Below are positions 12,692 through 25,455 of a stretch of 64,000 nt of DNA, one piece after another. The notes below the pieces were generated by a model. That model was given only the letters and a program-made list of their open reading frames with translations. It was not told the DNA's origin and ran no database searches. Source of the stretch: Podospora anserina (Eukaryota); assembly GCA_017654855.1 (NCBI GenBank), contig CM030332.1, positions 2,790,001-2,854,000 of the forward strand. The letters are read 5' to 3'. The position numbers and the translations under genes were made by a program. How positions within the stretch are numbered: the stretch's first letter is position 1; every line of letters begins with the position of its first letter.

Positions 12692-12765
12692 GCCAAGAGT
12701 TCGTGGTTGATGAACTTCGGGTTGCATATGCCAAGGCTGTCTGGCTGGCTGCTTGGCTTGCCAAG
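12692..12765. promoter_or_regulatory. Cluster of four PacC/Rim101 consensus sites (GCCAAG) upstream of palF
   Basis: GCCAAG at 12692, 12730 and 12760 (the last two as TGCCAAG), and CTTGGC at 12752. They lie 360-430 bp upstream of the palF ATG. Confidence 0.7.
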
Positions 12766-14575
12766 AGAACAGGAGTCGTGGGAAGCCAGAGGGCGGCGAG
12801 ACCACGAATAAGACTGAGATGACTGCTATGGCAGGCCTGGGCACAGCGGGGTTGGCCTTGCGGAACCCGCCGCTGGGGTTGCCGAGGGCGGCCTGGAAAA
12901 GCTTGACTCGAGCCAATGCGCCTCACGCAGCATCTGGGATTGGACTCTGAATACGGTGCCCCGCGAATGGTGCTCTCAAACCTCTTCATGAGATGCAATT
13001 TTTTGTTAACACTCGACCCTGACCGTTTCAGCCGTTCAAGTCTTGATTTTTAACGTGCTATTATCGGCCCACCAACGGTGCGAAACTATACTAGAACAAA
13101 CCGTTGCGCCAGTCGATCAAAAGTCTGGGGAAGACAGCATGGCTTGATTACGTTCCGTCCTGGCAGTTTTGTCTCCCACCGCTCCCCGAACGAGTTTTTT
13201 TCGCTCATCCTTCGAGATCCTTGTTGGTCGAAGCACAAAGAACGGATCAGGCATTGCCGGATGGGATGGTACGTATTAGCAATAATATGCAGCGTGTGTC
13301 GCCAAACTACCCGTTCGGTAGCATATTTCCCATGGTGTTGCACACAGCCCGCCTGCTATTCGTTGAAATGACTTCTTGCCTGAAATCTCTGAATCCATAC
13401 GCTTAGCGAGCTGAGTACGGTGTAAGGGCATACGAGGACCCTGGGGCCAAGGATCTGGCCTCGGTCTTATGTCTTGTATCTCCGACCTCGTGAGAAGCAA
13501 ACATGACAGATGCAAGATCCGGGTTCACAAGAGGCAGACAAGAGCAGGGCAGGCCCCGAGCCGTGATGTTCTTGGCAGGCACCTTGGCAACGCATGTCAG
13601 ATCGATCTTCAACATCGCGGGACAGGGCAGGGCTTCAGGCGGGGTTTCTCTGTGTGGTCAAAATCTAGCAGAAAATGGAGATTTTTAATAAAAAGTCCAC
13701 CTACGCGGGATGCAACCTGGTAGCACCTGTCTACTTGGGAGAGGTGAAAAGACCGGACTGTCTTTGGTGCAACTTTCCCCGCCCACACCCGACTAAGCTA
13801 GAACTTGGCCAACCTGGGGAAAGAACAACTCGTGAGATGGTGGTGCGCGCACAAGAGCTCACAGATGACGTGTATGAGGTGGAACGTCTACAGTACGAGT
13901 ACGGGCATATCAGGAAGATTTGGAAGCTATTCTATGTAGTATGTTGATAGAGCTAACCAAACAGACATTCTCTCGTCATACCCCATCTAACTCGTCAAAT
14001 TGGAAAATCACAAGACATCGGTTCAGACCACCTTGTGATCTTTGCGCCCGCCCATGCTCGGTTGCTTGCATGGTGGAGGTGGCAGAGGGTGGTCCGAACC
14101 CATGTCTTGTTATTTTCCAATTTGACGAGTGGATAGGGTGTCATGGACTCTCATCTCCGATGCCACTGGCGGGGGTCAGGGCCCACTGCCGTTGGCCTGT
14201 AGGGCTCTCCCCGCACTCTCCAGCCCTGTTGCAGGTCCCTGAAACTGCTTGGCAGCATTCTCACATTTTATGATGGGTTTCATGGGGAATGCATCGCTGT
14301 TAGACGTCGACGAGTCATAGAGAAAACAGTGACACGATCACCTGCCTAGCGCATGTTTTTTGTTTCCTGCAAGCTGCTCAGATGACAGTTCGGTGACGAG
14401 TGGAAGGCCCGAAGGATGCATTTGCCCAGCAGAATCACAAGCACCAAGACAGGAAGCCCTTCTTTATCTCGCCGGCACGCCAAGATCCGATGGGACCGCT
14501 TGTGAAACATTGTACGCCGGCTTGTCGGCGTCCATCTCTCATAAACATGGCAGTTTCCTACCCGGCAGCAATATC

Positions 14576-16624
14576 ATGAAGTGCTCACCACAGTCTGCTT
14601 CTGGCTCAGATACCAGCAACATGAGGGACATCACCGAACTGCCGCATGACCTCTTTCTCATTGTCATATCTCACCTCTCACCGCGAACCTGCGTGCGATG
14701 TCGCTCCGTTTCCCGCCGATGGCACCACGCCTTTACCGACGAGGCCAACTGCCTCCTGCTCCTACGGTGGAATTTCCCACGATGTCGTGAGATGCGTCTG
14801 GCGGCGCTCCTATCCTCACCCGCCCCTCAGAAATCAGCAGACAACCTCCCTCCCAACCTCAAGGCTGAATTGGTCCGGTTTGCCCAAGTACGCCGCGTTT
14901 GGTCGTCCACCTTTGCCCATGTCGCTCGACGGTACCACCACCTCAACCGGGCCACGGCCCGAGTGGTGGAAAAGCTAGACATGGCACCCTCCCAAAACAA
15001 CCTCTTCTCCTTTTGGGGTGTGGCCCCCTGGAACCGCTATCTCCGTCTACACGAAAAGACAGCCAGCTTCCACTACCCCGACCCATCATGGTGGTACAGT
15101 CAGGAGGACGGCGTGCTGGTCTACCCTGCCACCCGGCCAGAAGGGGACTCACCACCGCTTGAAACAACAGGGCACATCTACCACATAGTTGACCTATCCA
15201 CCAAACTAGAATTCCCCGTCCCGTTCGACGTTAGACAAAAGCACATCCGTCGAGTAAGACTAGCCCAGGGAGTTTTGGTCTTTGAATGGGCCGAAGTCCT
15301 ACCCTACCATCAACTCAACGACCGCGAGGTAGTCCACAGGCATTATGTCTCCATCTTTGACGTTCTCCGTCATCCATCCACCACCACCACCCACTGCACC
15401 TGGTCCATAACCTTCCGCTCAGAGTTCAAACTCCACTTCCTCGGCCTCCCCCTCAACCGCTCCGACCGCTTCTACTCAGCTCACACAGCAACCCACTACG
15501 CGGTCTACTTTTGGCAACCAAACCGCTCGCTTTATCAAGACGACCCGATAGAACAGCTAGCAGTGTGGGACATTTCTTCCCCATCTCCCTACCGACCATC
15601 AGAAGACCCAAAAGGGAGGAAACGTCCCAGCGTGGAACGGACACCTTCTCTCCCGACGGGTCTATGGAGCGGTAAATCATCTTCTTCTACCGCCACCACA
15701 CGCAGCCCCCCGCAGGCAGACGTGTCAAACGACGCCGCCTCCTCCTCAGACATGGAACAACCCCGCCGCCGGCTTTCGGCCTCACAAACCACCACCGCCC
15801 CCGGCCCGTTTGTTATCAGGCGTATAGCCTGGCCCCAACTAGACTTTTACGGCCTGCGACAACGAGCCACGCCCCAGCTGAGGAACTTGTCGCTGGATGG
15901 GAAGAATCTGTATTTCATCGAGGAGGAGCACAGGTGGGCGGATGGGCAGCACTCTAGTCTTTCTCCTCCGAGGGTGCACCTTGTTCGGTCGACTGGTATA
16001 CCGATTATTCCTTTTGATGATCAGGACGACTCTTCCCAGGGTCAGGGTCATGTGGTGCAAGGCCCGGTGTTTCTTGATAGTTGTGGGGCGGATGGGGATG
16101 TGAACATGAATTTTTGTCGAAGGGTGGCTCCCGCAAGTTCGGTGAGCGTGTGGCCGCCGCCTAGCATTGGGGGTTTGAACGCGGCGAGGGGGAGGGGTTT
16201 GATTGAACAATTACGGCCCCGGGAGAAGAAGGAGGAAACGTCGGAGTGGGGCGGGGTAGCAAAGCATTTGGCGCCGTGCTGGAGGCATGAGGATTTTCCT
16301 TATTTGACTGTTTCTGAGATGGTCGATGGGGAGGCTGGGGTTAGGGTGAGCGCGAGGCATTGTTTTATGCTGGAGACGTTGAGTGTGCATGTCAGGCCGA
16401 GGTTGACGGTTGGAGGCGAGGGGTTGGAGGAGGGGAAAGGGAAGGTGGACAGGGAGGAGATTGTGAGGAGGACGAGGGTGAAGGAGTTTGGGGTTACGAG
16501 GGGGGATACGGGGGAAGAGGTCAATATGTGGGGGGAGTTGCTTGCAAAGGGGCATATCAGTGGGGATGAGAGGTGGGTTGTTGGGGAGGATGAGCAAGGG
16601 TTGATAACGGTGTTGAGGTTCTAG
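14576..16624 (+). CDS. F-box domain protein, intronless (ATG at 14576 or 14621)
   Basis: F-box motif ITELPHDLFLIVISHLSPRTCVRCRSVSRRWH. Beta-rich C-terminal region ending GDERWVVGED...ITVLRF. The ORF-track start at 14360 is a TTG. Confidence 0.85.
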   Translation: MKCSPQSASGSDTSNMRDITELPHDLFLIVISHLSPRTCVRCRSVSRRWHHAFTDEANCLLLLRWNFPRCREMRLAALLSSPAPQKSADNLPPNLKAELVRFAQVRRVWSSTFAHVARRYHHLNRATARVVEKLDMAPSQNNLFSFWGVAPWNRYLRLHEKTASFHYPDPSWWYSQEDGVLVYPATRPEGDSPPLETTGHIYHIVDLSTKLEFPVPFDVRQKHIRRVRLAQGVLVFEWAEVLPYHQLNDREVVHRHYVSIFDVLRHPSTTTTHCTWSITFRSEFKLHFLGLPLNRSDRFYSAHTATHYAVYFWQPNRSLYQDDPIEQLAVWDISSPSPYRPSEDPKGRKRPSVERTPSLPTGLWSGKSSSSTATTRSPPQADVSNDAASSSDMEQPRRRLSASQTTTAPGPFVIRRIAWPQLDFYGLRQRATPQLRNLSLDGKNLYFIEEEHRWADGQHSSLSPPRVHLVRSTGIPIIPFDDQDDSSQGQGHVVQGPVFLDSCGADGDVNMNFCRRVAPASSVSVWPPPSIGGLNAARGRGLIEQLRPREKKEETSEWGGVAKHLAPCWRHEDFPYLTVSEMVDGEAGVRVSARHCFMLETLSVHVRPRLTVGGEGLEEGKGKVDREEIVRRTRVKEFGVTRGDTGEEVNMWGELLAKGHISGDERWVVGEDEQGLITVLRF

Positions 16625-17253
16625 GTGAGTGATAGGTTCTGCATTGGCAAGTTTGGGATGAGCTGATTCTTTGGTTCTATTATCATCATAACATGACTTG
16701 TGTGTGGATAAAGCCTAGGTGGCTTTGAAATCGATCGGCTGTTGTTGGGCTTTGCCAGCATTCAGGGGCTGTTCAGGGGCTGTTCAGGGGTTCAGCACGA
16801 CTTGCAAAGAGCAAACACAAACAGCCGCAATTAAAATCCCAATGCAACAAGCTTTATCTCATATTGTACAATGGTATCAATAAAGGTAAAAAGAATAAAT
16901 GAACATGTTTCTCGAAAGAAAAAAAAGAAAAGTATCCATCTCACAATTCCCCATCCACCCTTCGTTTTGTGTGTGCGCGTGATGATGACAATGATGATCA
17001 AAACAAAAACAAAACACCTGCTTCGCCCCCTATTCTTCAAAAAACACGGCGGGAACGAAAAGCAAAAACTCCCCATACGCCTTTTTAGTCAAAGAACACA
17101 GGTTCCAACCTCTCTCTCGTGTAAAATCGTCATCTTTAACGATCAACCAACCAACACCGCACGCCACCCCCCCCTATCAATGCAGGACAACATCCATCCG
17201 GCCTTGCGGCAGCCTCCTCTCTCTCTCCCTGATAATATGCCCTCACCCCAAAA

Positions 17254-19453
17254 TTATGACGCAGCAGCAGCAGGCACCTGCAAGAACCGGTCATAATACG
17301 TGTCCAGCCACTTGGCCGCCTCCTCACCCGCATCGTCAATACTGCTGTCCCACCTCCCAATCGACCCTACGTACCCATCTGGTCTGACATTGACAATGGC
17401 CACCTCCCCGGGCCCGAGACTGCCGAGCCACTTGTTGGTGCAGAGCGTGCCCCGAGTATCCTGCTCGGGAATGTCGTCCAGGTAGAAAGTCCACTTGCTG
17501 TCTTGTAAGAGGGCGGGCAAGTCGCTGACTTCGATTTCGGATTTGGGCATGGTTGCTATTATTTGCGGTCAGTATCGCTCAAAAAGAAAGAGAGAAAAAA
17601 GAATTGCTGCGAGAGAAAAACTTACTGATCAAACCAAAAGTAAACAAATGGCTCACAGCCGTATACCTCTCCGGCCTGAGATAAATATCCTCCGGCGCCG
17701 GCACCCTCGGCTGCTTCGCATAGCTGACACTCGCCGCCGCACTCAACTGGTTCACCAGCGCATCCGGCGACGCAATCGCCTGGCAGAACGTCTCCAAGAA
17801 AATCCTCGACTGATGCACGTCCCACATCAAAAGATAAATCCTAAACTGTCCCAGCATCGGAATATCCAGCTGGATATCCACCGGGTTCGAGTCCAAATAC
17901 CTCGTCACCTTCGCCGGCGGCAGCAAACACCCCGGCTTCGCCTCTCCCATCACCCAGCTGTGCGCTTCCACCATATTGATCGCATTCTCGCCGTACTCCG
18001 CACCAATCCCGCTAATAAACCTCACATTGGTCTTGAAGTTCTCCGCCAGCGCAACCGCATCACCGCCTGCGATTTGGTTCGCATGCTCGTAGTCAAAGTT
18101 GACCAAATCCAACGCAATCTTCCTTCTCTCCTCCTCATAACTAGCCAAAAGCGTCTGCTTCGCCAGCCCTCTCGACGCCAAGTTCAGCTTCCACGCCAAG
18201 TTCCACGCATCATGCATAGAGGTGTTCATACCCTGCGCAGCCTTGGGTGAGTGGGTATGACTGGCATCTCCAGCCAAAAACGCCCTCAAGTGGTTATCGC
18301 AGAACCTGCTCGCAACCCTCTGACCGATTTGGTACCTACCAAACCATTCGATATACTTCCACCCAACCTCGAACGGTGCCATGATTTCTTTGGCACGCTG
18401 CATGACAAACTCTTGACCGAGCTGGTTCCGGTCGCCCTTAGGCCCGGCCTTCAGCTCGATGTAAAACCGTGTCATGTTACGTTCACGCGGAATGATCAGG
18501 ATTGACCCATGTTCCTGGGAATACACCAATGTCTTGGACCAGATATCCGGGAAGTCGGTCTGCAGCTCTCCGTCGAGGACACCCCAGACCGAGGACTGCG
18601 ACATGCCCACGGGCTTCGCATCAGGAATGCTCTTTCGAACCTTTGAATGCGCGCCATCGCCTATGAGAAGAGATATCACAGTCAGTTTTTCATCTGATGT
18701 TTTTGTAGACTCGGAAACAAGAAAAAGAAAGTCACCCACAGCCAACAAGATATTGTGTCAGCAGCGTCTTCCGGTCTTGTGTCACGTTCGCACGGCAATT
18801 GACCTGGAGCGGCCCACCCTTGCTGTCACAGACGCTATACGAGTCGAAAGCGTGATTCCTCCGCACTTCGACACCGCGCTTCTTCAGATCCTCAATAAAC
18901 AGAGCCTCGACCATGCCCTGGTGCACCAAAAGAATATATGGGTCCAGCACATCAATCACGGGTGGGTAGTGGACTTCGCGGCCGAGTCGATGAAGGGGCT
19001 CCTCCGGTGTACTTCGCCAAAAGGCAATATCGTAGACTCGAACGCCGCGCTGGAGCAGGGGATCTGCCAGTCGCATCTGCCGGAAAGTCTCAATCGTTTT
19101 TGGTTGCAGGCCATCAGCTCTGGAGGGAGGTGTTAGGATTCATGAAACTTCCAATACGGCGCAACCCAACCCAGACAACAGGAAACAAGAATAACAAGGA
19201 ATCAAACTTGCCTTCCCACTGGGGTTTGGTCAGCCCTGTCATCCACCACCTCTACCTTGATACCCCAACGGCCCAGGTTGGTTGCCAGCATCAAGCCGGC
19301 CGGACCAGCACCGACAACGCACACCTGGCACTCAATGGCCGCCTCAGGCATGCTCCTCAGCAGGGAGAGGCGGTCGACACATTCGGCAGTCTCCATGCGG
19401 TCTTCACTGATTTGGTTCTCAGTGGGCTTCTCGAGAACAGCGGCGGGAGCCAT
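17254..19453 (-). CDS. FAD-dependent phenol 2-monooxygenase-like hydroxylase; three introns (19120-19211 GC-AG, about 18661-18739, about 17556-17625)
   Basis: VVGAGPAGL, GRADGLQPKTIE, LVGCDGAHS, FLAGDASHTHSPKAAQGMNTSMHDAWNLAWKL and C-terminal VRPDGYVG (phenol hydroxylase thioredoxin-like domain). An in-frame upstream ATG at 19594 is a possible alternative start. Confidence 0.92.
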
Positions 19454-21942
19454 GGCGGCTGGCGAACCGCTGGGGGGTTGGCTCGGGGGAGGAACGGACG
19501 GGGACAGGAAAAAGGGGGTCTGGCGGGGTGGTTGCAGAGGGCCTTCCGTCCTTAAACCGCTGGGAAGGTCGTTGCTGGGGGTTTCGAACACCATCCGAGA
19601 AAGGGAATCCGTCCTTGGGGACCCAATGTACAGCCGGCCGCGGGGAGTTGACAGGTCTCGGTGACAGTAGGGTGGGACGGCGCTGACCGCACGCGAGGCG
19701 CAGGGTTGGCGGGGGATGGCGGGGGGAGTGAAGGATGGAGAGCACCGCAATAGGTGAAACGGAGTGTCTAGAAGGTAGTGGATCGGAATCGGATTGGACA
19801 GACAGACAGACAGATACCTGGGAGGCACTGATCGGGAGGGTTGGGTTGGGAATGGGCGGACCAGTCGGCTGGGACAGGATCTGGGTGGTCAGTTGCAAGA
19901 TTCGTTCGTTTCCAGATTCTCTGCAACGCTGTCTGTTGTGGGTGGTTCACAGTTTTCGTCGGGGTTGGGACGGAGAGAGTGCCACTGTCGGTTGTGTGCG
20001 TGTGTGGTCTTCTGTGGTGCATGTGGATGTAAGGCGAGGGCGAGGGCGAGGGCGAGGAAGCGATGGTGGGACGAGAGATCTGCAACAGCTAAGGTAAGGT
20101 AGAAGCTAGTGGATATCACGCCAGAGGGTGTTGCCCTGTTCTTGGGGTCTTGGACAGGCGTGCCTAGAGTTTTGAGGCCGTGATTCCTGTGCTCTCAGCC
20201 AGTTGGATCTTTAGGGAAGATGCGGAAAAGAGACATGGCGTCACCAATTCCTGTTGAGTTCGAGGTGGGAAGTTTTGGCTGGTGTGCGGATACCCGTTTG
20301 ACATGCCATGTTGCGATGCAGCTTCCAGCATGGGTGGGCTGATTCAACACAGCGGATGATCTGATCTGGCCGCCGCGGCGCCCAAGGGGCTCTCATAAGC
20401 CCCTCTTGATTGGTTGACACCGCTGAGGCCCAGACCACTCGGCACGGAACCATGGGGCGAGCCCACAAAAGACGCACAGGCCAGTCTGGCGCCACCCCTC
20501 CAGACCACCACCGCGGGGCACTGGGCTCCATCTAGAAGTTCCTCACAAACCGTTGCCAAGATATGGGAAAACTCTTGATTATGAACAAGTCGATTTGACA
20601 ATTGCATCTTAATTTCTCTCTTTGGACATGACTTTTCCCTTGGTGTTTTTCACTCTTCCAGAACTTCTGGAGGGAAAAGTGCACTCCCCTCCCAATCCCA
20701 ATCTGGCAGCCATCGACGTGTACATTCCCCTCCCTCAGCAGATCAGAGCAGATCATCGTGTCACTTTGTTTGTAATCTGGATAGTGCTGTCGCAAACATC
20801 GTTCGATACCAAGACCCATTGACCTCCCCTCAATGGTGAGGCTCGGGGCTCCGAACTGACCGCTCTTCTTATCCCGAAATTCCCTTTCTAATATGCGTGT
20901 TATCCAATTGGCTCGCTCTCTCATTCAACGCACAGAGAGAGATAAGCGAGTCATTCAAACCGAGACATTGACATATCACTTTCTTCAACAACAGACAGGA
21001 GACTTGCATTCCTCAGCCTTGTTTGCAAAAGGTTGACTGCCTCTAAGCCGCTATCATAAAAACCCATGACTATAATAAACCCCCTAAAAACTACATAAAC
21101 CGCGCGCTAATGATGAATAATGAACCCTGTTAACCCTGACCAGAACACCCCATCTCTATGCTTGTTTCTCCTTTTCCTATGCTGTCCACGCTCCATGCCA
21201 TGCCATGTCGAGAGAAAGAAGAAAACGGAATGGGTATTTTGATGTGTCGTCAAATCGAAATGAGTAAAAGAAAAAGAAAAGAGGAGAGGTTTCGTGCGCC
21301 TGTTGATATCAGAAGACAGAGTCAGGAGACAGAGTCAGGAATTCCATTTCAGTAAAATCGTAGAAAAGGTTTTGGGGATAAAGATTTACCAGCAAGAGAA
21401 AAGAGACACTCCACCAGCCGAGGAAGTTGTCTTGGCCTCCTCCATCTTGAATTCCTTCTCCACTGCGGCTCATGCAGGCCCTCATCTTCGTGTGTTGACG
21501 GTGTTCGGGATGCTGTCTGGGATCGTGCTGAGATCGAGTGCTTGAAACGATCATCAAAGGATCGTGACGCTCATAAAAAGGAGCAGGGACATCATTTGTT
21601 TTTGTGATTTTCATTTTTATCGCAATGAGAAGAGACTGAAAAGGAGGTAGACGCGCTGAAAGGCAAGACTGGGTATCAGAAGCAGTTGGTCAGCTGTTGG
21701 TCCGTGATGATGTTTTGGTGGGTAAGGGGTGATGGGCTGACTTACACCGGATCCTAAGCTTTCCTAATCGGGAAGCAGGCCGCATCCTGGGGCCAGTCGA
21801 CGTCGATGTGCAATCTGCATCTTTTTTTCTTTTTTGTATATGTAGATGTTAGCAACACAACACGTCTTTTCCTGATGTGTGATGTTGTTTTATTTATACC
21901 TTTTATTCTTCATGAAATGTTTGACGAGGTCCTCAGAACCGA

Positions 21943-22197
21943 TTAGGCCTCAGAATCATAGCTGATGAATTCATTATCAGAGTTGACATCAAAGACTCGA
22001 AGCAAGGCTTTCTTGTTAGAGCGATGCTGCTTGCGAGTCTTCGTCTTCTGCTTGGCAAAAAGCTTGCTACAGCCTGACCAGCCCACGTTGGCCTCAGCCT
22101 TGGTCATGACGATGTTGTCAACCTCATCATCGTGATGAAGGTTCTGGCTAGCTGGGCCAGCGAGGAAAAGAGTGCTCTTGACGGTCATGGTGTTCAT
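21943..22197 (-). CDS. Candidate small orphan protein (84 aa)
   Basis: ATG in a good context (ACAACAATATG), a C/T/A-rich leader and a TATATA box about 215 bp upstream, sitting in a 4-kb gap. No recognisable domain. Confidence 0.4.
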   Translation of the reverse strand: MNTMTVKSTLFLAGPASQNLHHDDEVDNIVMTKAEANVGWSGCSKLFAKQKTKTRKQHRSNKKALLRVFDVNSDNEFISYDSEA

Positions 22198-23370
22198 ATT
22201 GTTGTCGTTGCTCCTAGGTGGTTTGTTTACTTGATCTAGAGGCCTGAAAGGAGACTGAAAACGATACTAGTGATGGATGAAGCTGAAGAGGTAGGAATCT
22301 GGAGATATTTGCTGAAGGTGTAGCGAGGTGAGACTGTCAAGATCAAGGAGGATGATGAGGTTTTGGGTGTAGAAGGAAAAGAAAAGTCCAGGCCGGAAAA
22401 AGCAACACTGGAATATATAGATAGATATTTCCAGCTGTCACAACTGCCTCGTTTTAGCTTCCGATTGTCCTGGCCACGTGTGAGCATTATCTGCGTGACT
22501 GTCCCTGCTACGGCTGCTAAGATCAACTTCAGACGGTGAAGACTTTAGCCAGAAGGTGCCAGTCACCGAGTCAACAAAGGAGCGTCTAGTCTTGATACCA
22601 GACAGGTGTACGCGTTATGGTCCTATGAAGCAGCTTGGGTGGGCTTTCCCTCAATAAATATGTGGGCCTTTCCATCAAGTCTATCGCCTCCTGCTGTACG
22701 TCCGTAAACTCACAATAATCGTTGCCTGAAATAAAGGGTCACCGTGTTGTAGAAGTTCAGATGATTACGAAAGGCAGTCACGGTGAGCACGCAAAAAACA
22801 ATAAAATCTGAAGCAAGTTGAATAGAACAATAGCAAGAATACGTTGTCACAGGCAGGACTGACTCCGCTATCTAGTAACATAGCCAACTGCTATTACAGG
22901 CGGTTGGTATTCATCCGAGGTCTTCGTTGTGCATTCACACCCCCACGAGTGTTTTGCTTATGGATTCTTCCTCTCAAGAGCCTCTTCAAGTTACACTTGT
23001 TTCAGCTAGCAAAATCAGCCACCAAGAGCATCTTCTAGACGATGTGCAGTTTTAGACAGCTCGATATAGTTCACGATGTTGAATTACATGTCACATTGGC
23101 CCACTGGAATGGATATCAAAGCTCTGGAATGCACCCTACATTCCTCGCTAACCATATCCAACTACCGGTAGACGGCCCGTCCCGTTACCAAGACGTTGGG
23201 CCCTCAAGGAACGGGCCCCAGATTCGGCATCCTTGGGAATGACAGGCTGTCTTTGAAACGCCCTAGGATATCAAGTCAAAATTTTCAGTAACACATGTAA
23301 GAAAACACTGTCACAAATTTCCTCGTGCCTTGTTCTCGGTCACGTTTCTTCTGTCCTACATGATTATTGC

Positions 23371-23434
23371 CGAACAAAGCCCTCGGTCCTGTGAGTCAAC
23401 CTCGAACAAAGCCCTCGGTCCTGTGGGTCAACCT
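23371..23434. repeat. 32-bp tandem duplication (1 mismatch) downstream of the SDR gene
   Basis: CGAACAAAGCCCTCGGTCCTGTG(A/G)GTCAACCT at 23371-23402 and 23403-23434. Confidence 0.9.
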
Positions 23435-23608
23435 TGACAAACGCTCCTGCCTTTCAACACCTGAAACCACCAGGCTGGCAGATTTAAAAAAATTTTTCCG
23501 CCTGCGTGCTTGTTTCAAGTCAACAAAAATATTTACCCCTGAGATTAGGTACTCCGCTACTATGAACGTCACCCACCCCCATCGCCAGAGCAACCATTTC
23601 CGCCTACC

Positions 23609-24809
23609 TTACTCAACAAGCACCGTACTCTCACCAACCCCCTTCTCCTCCTTCTTCTCTTTCTCCTCATAAAACTTCTCCACATCCTCCACCACCTTCC
23701 TCCCCCTAAACTGCTTCATAATCCCCACCCCCTTCACCCTCAACCGACCCGCATACCACCCCGGCAAGCCCCCCAGAAAAGGCAGCATATTCCCCATCTT
23801 TGGCAAAATAACCTGACCGCTCTCCCCCTTGAGCACCTGCCTCACAACCGCCTCAGCCACACTCCCCGGCTCCAGCGCCGGCAGCAAAAACGGACTATCA
23901 TTATGATACCCCTCAAACAGCGCAGTCTTGGTATACCCCTGATTAACAACCACAGTCCTAACCCTCTCCGCCCCGTAAGTAGTCTTAATCTCAGCCGTCA
24001 ACCCCTCATGGAAGCTCTGCGCCGCCGCTTTTGAGGCTGCATAGTCAACCATATTCGGCACGCTCACCCAAGCAGCAAAACTCGCCACCGTCACCACCAT
24101 CCCGTGGTTCTTCTCGATCATGTAAGGCAAAAACTCGCGGACGGTGGAGTAGTGGGAGAAGTGGTTCACGTCAAAGGTGAATTGCACGTCACGCGGGGTG
24201 GAGGCGAGGATGGACTTGTTTTGGACGACGCCGGCGTTGTTGATGAGGACGGTGGGGTTGCCGACCTGGGCGCGGATGAGGGAGGCGACGTGGGCGATGG
24301 AGGAGGGGGAGGTGAGGTCGCATTTGAAGTAGGTTACCGTGGGGCCGGGGTGGAAGGTGAGGGGTTGGATGTCGAGGACGACGGTTTTGATGGAGCGTTC
24401 GGCCAGGAGTTGGACGATTAGGCCGCCTATGCCGCCGGAGCCGCCGGTTACGACGACGATTTCTTTGCCTTTTGTTTTTGGAGGGAGTATGTTAGGTGAT
24501 GTTGATTAGGGGGGGGGGGCGGAAGGGGAGCATACCAGTCCAGTCGTACTTGTCGTCTACCCAGCTGTTGTTCACCTTTCTCGTCAACCAGCTGTTTCCC
24601 CAACCTAGCAGGCTCAAGATGAGCAGCTTTCTGACTCTGGCAAATGCGGTCGGGTGCAAGATGGTGAGATCCTGGCCTTGCTTGGTGTATTTTGCCAGCA
24701 GGAACAGTGGCAGCAGGATCTTGGGGTTGAAGGCTGTGTTCTTGATCAGGGAGATCAAAGCATCGCCTTTGAACCCCTCGCGGGGGAGCATGCCGGCGTG
24801 GAAGGGCAT
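23609..24809 (-). CDS. Membrane-associated SDR (17beta-HSD11/RDH10-like family); intron 24469-24535
   Basis: Hydrophobic N-terminus, YDWT-GKEIVVVTGGSGGIG, VLINNAGV, FDVN and DYAASKAA (YxxxK). GTATGC donor, CTAAC branch point, AAG acceptor. Confidence 0.9.
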
Positions 24810-25455
24810 TTTGTCACTTTGTTGATGATGGTAGCGACGGTGAAGATGAGGTGTGGAAGGTTGGATTAATGTGTGCCTGAGATGGGGGCTCCTCTTCTTT
24901 CATAGAGGTATCATCCCACACAGCTCCAAGGTTCAGCTCACCACCCCTTGTCTATGTATTCATTGCCAAGATTCTACGTTGGGTATAGCACGGCGATCGA
25001 AATGCGGGGGAGGAGATAGCCTGCCGAGGTTCACGCTTTCTTTCTCCTCCCGCTCGTGTGTTGACCCCCTGGTAAAATGCGGGGAAACTCCAGTTTGGAG
25101 GTTTCTAAAACCTGGGGAAGAAGGTTCGTTTTGGTCCCAAAGGGGTAAAAGGTGGAATGTTGGTGGGTTTGTTCTTTGTTTCAGTTTGGGACAGCTTGTG
25201 GAAGCACACTCAGACGGCCATGTTTAGGTTACGCCTTCATTCAGCCACACCGAAGGTTACCGCAGCCATGTGAATGTGATAGCTACTCGGACCGGGGTTG
25301 GGAACCGGGATTCGTTGTACCTGTTCAATGGTGCGGCATGGCTTCGCATCTTATATACAAAGTTATAGCCAAGTCACGATGATGACTATGACTTGTCCCA
25401 GGTAGGTGGGTAGCTGACCTACCGAGTTGAACTTGCTCTCAACTCCAAAACCACC

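Noticed and set aside
16761-16795. (TTCAGGGGCTG)x3 containing AGGGG STRE-like motifs
   Set aside because: It lies between convergent 3' ends rather than in a promoter, and is most likely a slippage repeat.
20532-20924. 130-aa minus-strand ORF upstream of the monooxygenase
   Set aside because: No recognisable domain or coding-like codon bias, so it cannot be supported as a gene.
23371-23434. 32-bp direct repeat of CRISPR-like length
   Set aside because: Only two adjacent copies with no spacer, no cas genes, and a eukaryotic context. It is a simple tandem duplication.
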